Shown: piece after piece, positions 13,521-30,376 of the stretch
Layout of the letters: each line of letters starts with the position of its first letter
How positions within the stretch are numbered: the stretch's first letter is position 1
DNA from: the human T2T-CHM13v2.0 reference genome, Homo sapiens
NCBI RefSeq assembly: GCF_009914755.1
Contig: NC_060947.1
Strand: one strand, 5' to 3'
DNA: 64,000 nt
Translations under genes and position numbers: made by a program
The notes under the pieces: model-generated
What the model was told of the DNA's origin: nothing
The model's input: the letters and a program-made list of their open reading frames with translations, nothing else
Databases searched by the model: none

Positions 13521-14489
13521 TACATCATAGCAAATATTTAACAGTTGAGTTTCACTAGAAGGATTCTTATATATTTGATAGTTTGCATTCAAGCATTTTA
13601 TCTGAATCCTGTTATGACACTATTTATATATCATGGAAATTGATAGAGAGAAAACTATTTTCTCTAAAACTCCTGATCAGAGCAGTCCCAGTCTGGTATT
13701 TTCATAGCAGCACAGCTGGAGATTTGAGTACTTCAAGATCTATGCAAACTGCTATCTGGTAGAAGGGCTATTGGCTTGAAACTTCTCTTTGGAGCAAACT
13801 TCAAAAATAGGTGGTTGGGTACAGACTGACTGCTTTTTGGTAGGACTAAATGAATGTATTTTCACATTTGTCATAACAACCTTCTCTCACGAAAGTACAT
13901 GTTGACATTTATGAGATTTCTGCACAACTAATCTGATACAGTTATCAAGATGACTAAATTAACAAAATTACCATAGTTGTTATACACAAAATTACTCAAA
14001 TTCTTAGGCAACTATTACTGAAAAAATATACAAATTTTCCTCCAACCATTTGTGAAACTGTGACTTGGAAAGCATCATATTTTAATTAAGAAAATAATAA
14101 TTTCATTTTCAAATTTTGATGTAATTGAGCTATTTCATTTGTTTGAATTAATGACATATTTTCACGATTTATCACGTTACTGATGTAGTCAAACATTTTG
14201 CAGCGGTATGTTGGTATCTTGAAATGACAAGCTTTCTGGAAAGAAAAAATGTGATATGTATCATGTAACCAATTTGCGTGGCATTTTCAGTCACCCTGAC
14301 TTCTTTCAATCCACCAAAATGATGTCACTCTGTAAAGAATCAGGAAGATACGAATACAATTGGCTCTCAGAAGCTGGTGTGATCTGTCTTCAATACAACA
14401 TTGGCTGTCTGTTTTCAAAGGCTACAGCTATCAAATGGTAAATAAGGCATGATTCTGCTCATTTCCTCATACTATCAAACCAAGAATTG

Positions 14490-14880
14490 TTGTTAGCAAC
14501 TGGGAAAACATGAAGAAGGGACAAGGGGAGTTGTAAAAAGATTCTCTGAGGAAGTAATATCTTAACTGAATCCCATAAGATAAATTTGTAGACCACACTT
14601 TTATAAACCTCACATAAGGTGTTTGGTTGGAGAAAGAAAAGTAGGGGAGTACCAAGGACCAGGTCCTGGAGGAATTTGAATGGTATGATTAGGAACTTGG
14701 ATATTACATATGTTGTTAACGGAAGACCACTGAAGTGTTGAAGATGACTGGATGCAGGGTGAGATAACACACTGGGCGAGGTGGAAACAGGAGTGCAGGC
14801 AGGAAGTGATATGAGGCAAAATTCAAGGAGCTCATACACTGTTTATGGAGATAGACTTGTAAAGAGAGGTTTACCTTAAT
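14490..14880 (-). mobile_element. L2 relic
   Basis: ggaagaccactgaagtgttgaag... purine-rich L2 body. Confidence 0.55.
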
Positions 14881-16739
14881 ACAAGGCAATAACAGTTTTA
14901 ATAAAGGCATAAGGTTGTGAATTGCTTTCTAGTTTCCTTTTATGTGTGCACAACAAGATTATAAGCTTCATGAGTTGAATGTGAGAACTTTGAATGTTAC
15001 CAATTGCACAGATATATCTAAATAATCATATGGTGGTATTGAAAAGCAAAATATACAGGTATGTTACTGAATGTTTCCATTTCAGCCTGTAGTATAATTT
15101 CATGGAGAACATCTCCACCTGATACTTAAAGAAATAATGAGTTTTATCAATTAAAAGCACATGGAAATCAACATGGACTATGAACTTATTAACTTGTTAA
15201 TATATAAAAATGATAGATATGTCTATAAATTTATTACTGTTTACAAATTATTTATACATTTATGTTCTTTCTTTGCAAAAGGGTGATCAAGGTTTCTGAA
15301 TACTCAGAAATTTTCTAATTATGAAGGAATAATTACACTATTTTAATAATACTGGAAAAGTAGCTTATAAGTACACATGTAATAACATACTATAGAGAAA
15401 TGATTTGGATTTGGTTATCATCTATATACTTGGTTCTACTCCCAAGTCAATTTCTCATAACCAAGTCCTCTATTATCAACACAGGTATTACTCAGCTCTA
15501 CAACTGACTAAGTAAAAATAGTATGTTCTCTTTGGAAAGCATTTGAAGAATTGGATGTATTTATCATAACACAAAATGCACCCACTTTTGTATTAAATGC
15601 ACTAAACATAGTGCACAAAATTCACTAGCATTAGAAGGTAAACTGAATAATTATGTAAAAAGCCCTGTTGTATACAAAATACACATAAGATGGAAACAAA
15701 TTTGATATTTGGACTAAATTTTTCTTGGTGTTTTAGCCTGTGCCCCATGTTACATAAATGATGTTTTAAATATTCTTCAACCTCAAATGCTCGGTTAAAT
15801 GAAGAGAAGGTAATTCATATGCATAGGACAGAGTATGATCCTTATGTGGTGGAAAGCCTTTCTATAAAAAAGGATAAATGTAATTGATACTATGCTGAAG
15901 TAACAAAATCAAAAATTTTAGTGATATATTACAACTATGGCTTATAATTTGCTCACTCTGCATGCTCAACACAAATAGGGAGTAAGACAGGGTGGATAGG
16001 GTAGTTCACAGCTAAATGGATGGTTCACCATCTCAGGATGCCACCATTTCAACTGGGAGCATCCAGTGTATCAATGTTAGGCAAAGAGAGAGCATGGACA
16101 CTTTCACCTAATATTGACTTTCTTGGAAGGGAAGTGATGCTCCAAGAGCAATGCCTTATATGATTTTGTATCTCTAATGGCTATGAAAATGCCTGACACA
16201 CAAGCACTCATTAAAAAAAAATTGTTACATGATTATTTTACCAGAATCCACAGAAGAGTGAGAGTTAGAAATGTTTAAATGGAAGTGGTAACTTCACTGA
16301 AAACCATAAAAATACTAGATTCATTAGACACAGAAAAAGATAACCAGTTAATTATAATAAGCTGATATAAATCAATTTTGTGTTAAGTTAATCTGCTCGT
16401 TGAACAAAATCGCCTTTTTTTTTTTTATGGTCCCTCCTGGTTCTAATTGTTTCCTGTGTGGGGAGAAACAATTAGTTAAAAGAAATCCAAAAGTTGGATG
16501 ACAAACTGAATTGACATAGCTAACTAAAGAAAGCTGTCAACAGCCCACTGATTCTTAACATAAATTCCATCAAACTTGCTGAATCACACAATCTGTGCTG
16601 TTTTGGTACCCATGAAAGTGTAACTCCAGAGACGGAAAGCACCTTAGAAAGTATTCAGTGTAGAGATCGTACTGGCAAGGCAGCACTCCACAATCCTCTG
16701 CTTGTAAGTGAACTGATTTCCATAAAGATAATTAGCTAT

Positions 16740-16960
16740 ATATACATATATATATACTGTGGGCTTACACTGTGAAGGTGCTATGCTATGAACTTTATAT
16801 GAATTATCTAATGCATTCTTTATGGCAAAACTGTAATGTAGGAAATATTCGTCTTATTTTACAGGCTTAGAGATGTTAAGTAGCATGATAATGGTTAGAG
16901 TTGATAACTGGGTCCAGAAAAGTTTGACTCCAAATCTAGTGCTGTTAACCCCTGCACCTA
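16740..16960 (-). mobile_element. MIR
   Basis: ttttacaggcttagagatgttaagtagc...tttgactccaaatctagtgctgttaacc. Confidence 0.7.
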
Positions 16961-18573
16961 GCTGTTGTGTTATAATGCAATCATGATAGAGGACAGTGAC
17001 CATACTGAACCAGGATACTCAGAATACAGTGACTCAAACAACGTCTTCCAATCAGTGGGGATTGCTTAAAAAGGTGAAACTTATTTTCCTTCCTTGTCAA
17101 CTCCCTTAATTTACATGAGAAAATTGGAGCCCACAGACAAACTTCTCCAAGGTTAAGGGAGACAGTGTTAGAAAGAGAAATAGGAGAACTCAACAATCCT
17201 GATTCAGAAATGTGAGGCTCTTACACCAGGATATCCAGTGAGATCTCAGCTCCAGCAAGGGCACTGATTCAGAAATCAGGGACACTCGTTTTTCATCTGA
17301 AAATGAACCTGAAATGGGGCACAGAGTATTCAAACATTTCTAGAAGACTCAGTGAACGTGTCTGCACATGTTTACCGTCATGCATTTAGTCACACATATT
17401 AGGTTTGCCAAGGGTCATGCACAATTTCAGGGATGGATCAGTGGTTACTTTAGTGTGATTATCTCCAACTAAGCTACATTGTGTCTGGTGCCTCAGGTCA
17501 CTTGACAAGGCTGACTCACAGAGAGGAAGGAAAGCCAGAAAGTTGTAGAAAGGAAAATGCTAAAGAAGAGGAAGAGGGAATAAGAAACAGAAAGGAGAAG
17601 AAAACAGAATAAAAGGTAAAGTTATAAAAGAGATGTGATGCTTGTTGGTAGAGAGAGGCTTCACAAAAACTCTCATGCCATCCTTGTTCTCAAAGTTATT
17701 TTTGCCCTCGACTTTATCACAGACGAAGTATATCACTTCAGCACAAGGTGTCGCTTCTTCAGTGCGTTTCAGTGCAAGATCTCCTTTTTATTTTTTTAAT
17801 TACTAGTTTTGCATGGCCGAGATTTCACCTTTTCCTACCTATCCATTCTCCAGTTTGCTAGGTCACTATTTTGAGGGCCCTAAACTGTACCAAGGGCCCT
17901 TAATGGCAAGCTAAGTGCCTGTTGTCTCTCTCAGCTGGAAGCTACAGGGAGTACTCTCTTCTGATGATTTTAGAAGCACCCTCCTGCTCAGAAATGAGAG
18001 CTGTCTTTGAATGAGTAGTTTCAGGTTTGTAGAAGTACACACTCTTTCTAGCAAACTCTTTGGGTTTTTTAAATTGATGGGTTACAAGAAATACGGTTGC
18101 TGAACGTCTTCACAGTAACTTTTCCTACAATCCATTTTCTGTTCATGCATTGCCCTTTGCTAAGAAAGCTACAAGAAAGCACCTCTTTCTCTGGCATCAC
18201 ATTGTGTTAGCAGAACAGAATTGTTGAATGAAAGATGGAAATTAGTGGGAGAAATTCTACATTATCCTTAAGAGCATTTGACAGAACATCAAATTCTGTG
18301 TAATTTAAATAGCTGAATAGAACAGGCAGAGTTTAATTAGAGGAAAACTATGAGCTGCAAACTTCAGAAAATGATTCTAAAGGGTTCTGAACAATATTTT
18401 CACTTAGCTAATTTTATTTTTAAGACTCTAAGACTATTATTCTGAGTATCTAACATCACAAAGTTAAAAGAGTTGTGGATGTCAGCCTTGGCAAAACACA
18501 TTCCAATATGCAAGTTTTAAACTAATCTTTCTGAACCATTGCTGATAAAGTATACTACTCCTGTGTCAAGTAG

Positions 18574-18575
<2 letters not shown>

Positions 18576-18616
<41 letters not shown>
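18576..18616. repeat. (GT)~20 microsatellite
   Basis: Directly visible. Confidence 0.98.
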
Positions 18617-18617
<1 letters not shown>

Positions 18618-19203
18618 TTATGAAAAGCTCAATATATATTTCAGTGTTTCCAATAGAAGCCCTATTGAGAGAAATAACTTTAATGAATTCGCTATAGTCC
18701 AGTGTCTGGGCTTCAGACTCAGTGTCAGAGATTGTCTCATTTTTACACTTTCTTGGCAGGGGCACTCTCTTTATAAATGTGTTAATATCTTCAGTCAAGT
18801 CTAAGGACCTGGGGGTCAGATTCACTTCAAAATGACTCACTTTAAAATCTCTTCTGTGAACCACTGTGTGCTGATTTTACTGTCTCTTGGCCTCATTTTC
18901 TAAGAGCAATGTTATTTTCTTGTCTTACAATGAGACATCTTGGAAAATTTTTCATGGTGGAGGTTAACTTTCATCTCAGATAAATTATGTGAGAACCACT
19001 TTTTTAGCTACTAATGGTGGAAAAATGAGGAGCCTTAAACTAAGTTGCTTGTGGAGATCGTAATCTATATAAACTTTAATCACATGTATTCTGGATAAAG
19101 GAAGAAAAACATACAAAATGTCTTGAACTTAAACTTACCAATGAAGTCTGAACTTCTGAATTAGCAGGAAATGGCATTATATTACCATTCTTTCTGAGTC
19201 TGA

Positions 19204-19489
<286 letters not shown>

Positions 19490-20310
19490 GGTACATTTGT
19501 ATTCTTGAAAGGACATTTTCCTTTTTACTAAAGCTCAAACTTTGTGATCCTGCCTGTTCACCTTGGAAATAAAACTGTTATCTTATACTCAGTAATTGGA
19601 TCCATGGTTTTTCTCCCCGTTTGTATGTTCCTCACTTGTTTGCTTTCCTTCAAGCTTTATAGGATTTAGAATTAGGAATTAGAGTTTCACTTTGTATCAC
19701 TTAATCCTTCCAGAAGTGTGGCTGTTGTGACTTAGCCCTCTGGCTCAATAATGTCTGTGATACCGGCTGCATAATGCCAGAATTCTCTGGTACTGACTAT
19801 CCGTCTAAACTAGATTTCTGTTTATACCTGATGGCTAGACCCTATTGGTGCATATGCATTCTTGAGAGGGCAGCTTCCTGTTTTCTAATCACTGGACTCT
19901 TTAACTCTATTGGACTTCCTCCCAAAGTTTTTTCTATTCCCTGACAAAGGGACTGCTCCAACTTTAACTATCTTGACCCTGTGGGTTATGAACACCAAAC
20001 ATGGAGAATTTGAAGAGAATTTGTTGTAATACTCTTGCCATGGAGCACTGAATGTGATTTTTCAAATGAATGAAACTGTATTTTTTCTGCTGATGAAATC
20101 AATAGTCCATATGAACCACAACAATTTTTAGCATTTTTTACCTAAGAACTGATATTGGTTTGTGCCTCAATGAACTTTCTTAGTGCATTCGCACTCCATT
20201 TAATCTTAAAATATAGTTTTCAGTGTATAAAATAGGGGAAAGGGGGCAGTAGTATTCTGGGGGCATCCTAGTAAAAAACTCATGCTTCAAAATTGACTCC
20301 TCAGAGCCTT

Positions 20311-20769
20311 ACTTACCATATCCACGTGCCTATCTCATCCGGGCACTCCCGCAGCCCAAAGTGAGCTCGTCCCAGACAATCAAGAGGGGAAGCGAGAAAG
20401 AGACGGAGACCTGCTATCATGGCCAATGATCCCGGGAAGAGGGAACGGTGGTCCACGCACCGGATTCAGACTCCGATCAAGCCCAGCAGGCGCCAGCCTG
20501 GCCGAGTGCGGGGCTTGCTGAGCCCGCGCTCACCTGGAAACCGCGCCGGCCGGCCTCGGCGCGCAGCCCCGCCCGGCTCCCGCCCACGCCTCTCTCTTCA
20601 CACCTCCCCGCCAGCAGAGGGAGCCAGCTCCGGCCTTGGCCAGCCCCAGAGAGGGGCCCTCATAGCGCAGCGACAGGCTGAAGGGCTCCTCCAGCGCGGC
20701 CAGAGCGGACACCGGGGCCGAGGAGGCGCCGAGAGCGAGCGAGGGCTGCTAGCACGTTTTCACCTCTCA
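20311..20769 (-). promoter_or_regulatory. Candidate CpG-island promoter / first exon
   Basis: GC boxes at 20567-20585, GGCCAATGA at 20421-20429, CACGTG at 20323-20328; minus-strand donors CAG|GTGAGC (20534) and ATG|GTAAGT (20317). Confidence 0.35.
20335..20769 (-). mobile_element. Truncated LTR12 (ERV9) LTR, 5' U3 part only; CpG-island-like
   Basis: Minus strand starts tgagaggtgaaaacgtgctagcagccctcgctcgctctcggcgcctcctc.., the LTR12 5' terminus; ~40 CpGs in ~450 bp by manual count. Confidence 0.88.
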
Positions 20770-20954
20770 ATACAAGAAGCTACTTCATAGAAGAAGCAAA
20801 CTTAGAATACATTTAAGTTTGCGTTCAAACTCTTCACTTCCCAATACCAGGTAGGAGAGCTGATGCTGCTTTCTCACTCTCCCAAAGTCTCAAGTTTTCT
20901 GATGACTAACTGAATATAATTGGAAGCCACCAAGCCTCTTTCATCCTGGTCACC

Positions 20955-21405
20955 TGCAGACTTAACATCTGGTGGAAGCTGCCAAGGTTTACCGTGTGCA
21001 TTCTCTAGAGCAGGGGCACCAGCAGTACCTGGGACCGTTTAAACCATGGCTGGTGCTGGAGCGGTGAGGATGTAGGGAGCAGCTTCCCAAGGCAATCCAA
21101 GGCGATAGCAGCCCCAGGCCTGGACGCCAAAACCATTCTGTCCTCTTAACGCCTCTGCGCCTCTGATGGGAGGGGTGAACTTGAAGATTTCTGAAATGCC
21201 TTTAGGGACTTTTTATCATTGTCTTGCCTATCAGCACCTGGCTCCCTCTTATTTGTGCTAATCTCTTTAGCAAGTTGTTGATCCACAAAATCCTTGGATT
21301 TATTACCTGAGAATCTTCTTCTCTTCTCTACCACATGGCCAATCTACATATTTTTCAAATTTTTGTGTTCTGCTTTTCTTCTAATTATAAATTCCACTTT
21401 TAGTT
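20955..21405 (-). mobile_element. MaLR internal fragment (MST-int/THE1-int-like)
   Basis: ctgcagacttaaca..ggaagctgccaaggttta..ctgatgggaggggtg..ctgaaatgcc signature. Confidence 0.8.
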
Positions 21406-21414
21406 TACTCCTAG

Positions 21415-21612
21415 ATGCTGCACACCCAGGAAGCTCAAAAGTTCCCAAATAGATTCAATCCAAAAACGTTCTCTCTGAGATTCACTATAATAAAGTTGTC
21501 AAAAATTAAAGACAAAGAGTGAATTCTAAGAAGAACTGGAAAAAAGGATCAAGTCATATATAAGGGAATTCCAGTTAGATTAATAGTAGCTTTTATAGCA
21601 GGAATCTTTCAA
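21415..21612 (+). mobile_element. Old L1M ORF1 fragment
   Basis: caggaagctcaaaagttcccaaatagattcaatcca..aaagacaaagag..taagggaattcc, similar to L1 ORF1 RRM/CTD coding sequence. Confidence 0.75.
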
Positions 21613-21639
21613 CATGCTACTACTAAGGACCAATTTTTG

Positions 21640-23170
21640 GTTTCAGTCCGTTTGTATTCCTAGTCCACAGGGCTGGGTTATTGCTGCAAATCCGTCACTT
21701 GCGGCAGGGCACAGCACTGGTCTGCCTCCAAGGATAAATGGGCATTCTGGATGTTTGGACCTGGGGATCAGGGTGTGGTTGCAATTTGGGAACCTGAGCC
21801 AATAGAGCCCAGTGGAAACTCAGGTCCTCAGGGATGGGGCACTGCTAGTGGTAACTGTAGTCCCTGGAATGGTGGGGTGCTGCTATATCCTAGACTCTCT
21901 GTGAGGCCAGGTGTAGTGGTAGCAAGAACCTCAGAATGGCAGAGCACAGCTATTGTTTACACCTGCGGGAGCTCGGAGTAGCACAGTGATTACTCCTCTA
22001 CCCAGATAGAGGTTTCTCAGAAGCTCAGACTCCGGGGGCCTAGTCCAGCTTCAGGGATGAAGGTTACTAGAGTTGTCTGGCTTGGGGGACAGGGTATTTT
22101 AGCTCAGCCACTGCTTTTTTTTTTGCCCTGGGATGTGGGATGCTATGTCACCTCAGCTCTCGGATGCATAGTTGCTCAGCTAGGCCAAAGCACCACTTCC
22201 CCTAGGGAAATGTTCTTCTTCAGCTCAGGCTCAGTGTGCGTGACTGCTCTTGGAAGCCAAGGCACCATTTCCCTAGGATACAGGGCATTGCTTCAGCTTA
22301 GGTACCAGGGTGAGTGACCACTTTTGGAGACCAAGGTACTTTTTCAAGGGAGTCAGGTTGCTGCTTCAACTTAGACAGTGGGAGGGGATGACTGCTCTGG
22401 GTGGCCATGGTTTTGTATCCAGGAGGCAGAATACTTCTTTAGCTCAAGCACAGAGGGGGGTGACTATAATGGACAGCCAAGGCAAAGTTTTCCCAGAATG
22501 ACTGGCATTGTTTCAGCACCAGCAAGGTTAGGGTAGGGTGCAGCAGCAACTGGCAGGTTATTTATTGTTGTTGCTGTTGTTATTGTTTTTAAATTTCTCT
22601 AGAGGAAGTGTGTAGCTTCAGCTCAGGCCCCTATGGACAGGGTGTAGCAGTGACTTTGAAGGGCATATGGAGCAACTTAACCGAGGCACCATTTCCCAGG
22701 AAGGGGGTGTGTAACTTAGGTTGGACCCCAAGGGGCAGGGTGCAGTAGGGACTGGGAGAGGTAGATGGAACAGCCCCATGACAGCATTGTTTCCCTAAAA
22801 TGAAGTGTGCAACTTTAGACCTGGTTCCCAGGTGCAGGGTGCAGAATCACTGACTATAAGGAGTAGATGGATCAACTCTGCCAAGGCACTTTTTCCTCAA
22901 GAAAGAGTGCTGTAGCTTCATCCCAGGCCTGGGGGCACAGGGCACAGCCACAACTAAAATAGGTGGATGGAATGGTTCTACCAAAGCATCATTTCCCCAG
23001 GAGGGAGTGTGCAGCTTTAGCTCAGGTCCCCAGTTGCGGGGCTCAACAGTGACTTGAAGAGGTATATGTAGCAATTTCACCAAGGAAAGGTTTCTTTAGG
23101 AGGCAGTGTGAGGCTTCAGCTCAAGCCCCTAAGGGCAGGAAAGAACAATGATTGGGAAGGGTAGATAAAG
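21640..23170 (-). mobile_element. Probable old L1M 5'UTR with degenerate tandem monomers (~73 bp x5 and ~100 bp x6)
   Basis: Periodic ccaagg anchors at 22185/22257/22331/22405/22477 and gtg-tg..gcttcagctc anchors at 22608/22707/22805/22907/23007/23106. Confidence 0.6.
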
Positions 23171-23390
23171 ACGTTAACTCTCAGTTCAACAACAAACAAA
23201 ATATATATGCATAACTAGTATCTGTCAGAAAATTTAATTATGAATTAACTGGAACATCATGCCCACTGAAAGTTTTCTCCAGAGAGGCATTATGGGTCAA
23301 CCCACCTTACGGGATATGTTAGTTCTTCAAATACTATTGCTGCTTTAAGCAAAATTAGCAAAGTACAAAGCAAAGTATCTGAAATCCACT

Positions 23391-23688
23391 TTTTTTTTTT
23401 TTGAGACAAAGTCTCACTCTATCCTCTGTTTCCCAGGCTGGAGTGCCGTGGTGCGATCTCAGCTTACAGGAGACTCTGCCTTGTGGGTTCAAGAGATTCT
23501 CGTGCCTCCACCTTCCGAGTAGCTGGGATTACAGGCACGCACTACCATGCTCAGCTAATTTTTGTATTTTTAGTAGAGATGGGGTTTTGCCGTGTCAGCC
23601 AGGCTGGTCTCGAATACCCGACCTCAGGTAATCTGCCCGCCTGGGCCTCCCAAAGTGCTGGGATTACCGTGAGCCACTGCACCTGGCC
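23391..23688 (-). mobile_element. AluS (Sx/Sz-like)
   Basis: Full dimer; TSD tgaaatccactttt at 23380-23393 / 23689-23702. Confidence 0.95.
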
Positions 23689-24002
23689 TGAAATCCACTT
23701 TCTAAATCAGCATTCTTCAATGGTTGGTTAACGACACTTTGCCCTGTACATATATTAGCTGTTCCACAGGTAATATAGTGATGTCAAAAGAAACAAAATT
23801 AAGAATTAAAAGCAAGATTAATCATAATTTTTACAGAAATCATCTTTCAAATTTTATTATGTTATTAAAATTTCCACATGTACTATAAGATTGCACTGAT
23901 TAATCTCAATGGCACCTCATTTAGCAGGCATAGTTCATCTAAGTTTATATACTTGTATGTCATTAACAAAACATTTTGGCAATGTATAAGGTACACATAA
24001 CA

Positions 24003-24424
<422 letters not shown>

Positions 24425-25532
24425 TCACTATCCCGACAAATATAAGCAATTTTTCTCGCTTGTATCACCATAGATTTTTATACTTGGAAATATACGAGAA
24501 TGACATTTTAATGTTATTTCTCGTATCTGTTATATATGTCTTTTTTATTACAAATAATTAAAGATACATCCTCAATCCACAAAAATGCAGCAACAGACAC
24601 AAATAGTGCAAAGGTAGTAACACAATGGTAATATAAATAGTACAATTCAGAATTATACTGTGAACATAACTAGAAAATAGTATACCAGTGATAAAACGAA
24701 CATATATCTTTGAATTCAAGAAGAAAAAGTAAATATATTAACCTAGTAATTTCATTAGAGGATCCAGAAGAGTAACTGGTATTAGAAAAAAATACAAAGA
24801 ATGTTTGAAAAACTAGATTTTATTTAACTGGTGGTGAATGTTCTTCTAGTTCCATAAATTCATTGTCACAAAAAGTTGGTAAACCATAACCTAAAGCAAT
24901 TCATATTTTTAAACAAAATACAATGACCTCACTGGTAAACTAATCTTTTCTTAATCAAGTTTGATATAAATATATCAAGAAATTCATAAATTTGTTTCTT
25001 GAAAAAGGGGAGGCACAAAAAAATGGGCATCTTTCAACATCATAGTCATCATGAAAAAATAGGTACAATAATATACAATTAATGCTCTGTAAAGAAACCA
25101 TCTGCATGGTACCTCTCATGAAAAAATACTGGTATGAGAATAGCTCACCTGCTACAAATGACTAGCAAACTGGACAAAACAAATGAAACAACTTTTTTAA
25201 ATACTGGGCAATAGCCAACACAGCACTCTGAGAAAACGGAAACAGACAGTTTGATTTTTACAAGTCTCCTGAATTTTTTTTTTCACTTTGATTAGTGGTT
25301 TACTTTCAGTTGAGTTTTTTTTTTTTTATTATACTTTAAGTTTTAGGGTACACGTGCACAATGTGCAGGTTTGTTACATATGTATACATGTGCCATGTTG
25401 GTGTGCTGCACCCATTAACTCGTCATTTAACATTAGGTATATCTCCTAAAGCTATCCCAACCCCCTCCCCCCACCCCACAACAGTCCCTGGTGTGTGATG
25501 TTCCCCTTCCTGAGTCCATGTGTTCTCTTTGT

Positions 25533-29365
<3,833 letters not shown>

Positions 29366-29413
29366 TTATTTTGCTCGTTAGTTGATGCAGTTTCTTCCTA
29401 GCCTTGATGGTCT

Positions 29414-30376
29414 TTGCAATTCGGCATGTTTTTGCAGTGGCTGGTACCGGTTGTTCCTTTCCATGTTTAGTGCTTCCTTCAGGAGCTCTTTTAGGGCAGG
29501 CCTGGTGGTGACAAAATCTCTCAGCATCTGCTTGTCTGTAAAGTATTTTATTTCTCCTTCACTTACGAAGCTTAGTTTGGCTGGATAGAAATTCTGGGTT
29601 GAAAATTCTTTTCTATAAGAATGTTGAATATTGGCCCCCAATCTCTTCTGGCTTGTAGAGTTTCTGCCGAGAGATCAGCTGTTAGTCTGATGGGCTTCCC
29701 TTTGTGGGTAACCAGACCTTTCTCTCTGGCTGCCCTTAACACTTTTTCCTTCATTTCAACTTTGGTGAATCTGACAATTATGTGTCTTGGAGTTGCTGTT
29801 CTCGAGGAGTATCTTTGTGGTCTTCTCCTAGATAATATCCTGCAGAGTGTTTTCCAACTTGTTTCCATTCTCCCCATCACTTTCAGGTACACCAATCAGA
29901 CGTAGACTTGTTCTTTTCACATAGTCCCATATTTCTTGGAGGTTTTGTTCGTTTCTTTTTATTCTTTTTTCTCTAAACTTCTCTTCTCGCTTAATTTCAT
30001 TCATTTGATCTTCCGTCACTGATACCCTCTCTTGCAGTTGATCGAATCAGCTACTGAGGCTTGTGCATTCGTCACATAGTTCTCGTGCCATGGTTTTCAG
30101 CTCCATCATGTCCTTTAAGGACTTCTCTACATTGGTTATTCTAGTTAGCCATTCGTTTAATTTTTTTTCAAGGTTTTTGACTTCTTTGCCATGGGTTTGA
30201 ACTTCCTCCTTTAGCTTGGAGTAGTTTGATTGTCTGAAGCCTTCTTCTCTCAACTCGTCAAAGTCATTCTCTGTCCAGCTTTGTTCTGTTGTTGCTGAGG
30301 AGCTGCGTTCCTTTGTAGGAGGAGAGGCGCTCTGATTTTTAGAATTTTCAGTTTTTCTGCTCTGTTTTTTCCCCAT
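29414..30376 (-). pseudogene. L1 ORF1 (RNA-binding chaperone), disrupted
   Basis: MGKKQSRKTENSKNQSASPP..; stop at 30047, frameshifting deletion near 29827, native stop changed to CAA. Confidence 0.95.

Noticed and set aside
14256-14441. 61-aa ORF between ttttcag and gtaaat as a coding exon
   Set aside because: No recognisable homology, a weak donor, and a length within chance expectation.
17700-17825. Small CpG-enriched patch as a possible ncRNA or exon
   Set aside because: No recognisable RNA family, stable hairpin or convincing splice-site pair.
19133-19139. Minus-strand GTAAGT donor
   Set aside because: No good upstream acceptor and only ~48 nt from the next acceptor, too short for a typical intron; isolated hexamers are expected by chance.
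20419-20790. GC-rich ORFs (123, 77 and 60 aa) as a gene
   Set aside because: They overlap LTR12 sequence in several frames; stop codons are rare at this GC content and there is no recognisable domain.
22180-23170. Periodic array as a possible CRISPR-like system
   Set aside because: Units are degenerate along their whole length with no conserved-repeat/unique-spacer structure, no cas genes, and the context is a primate genome.
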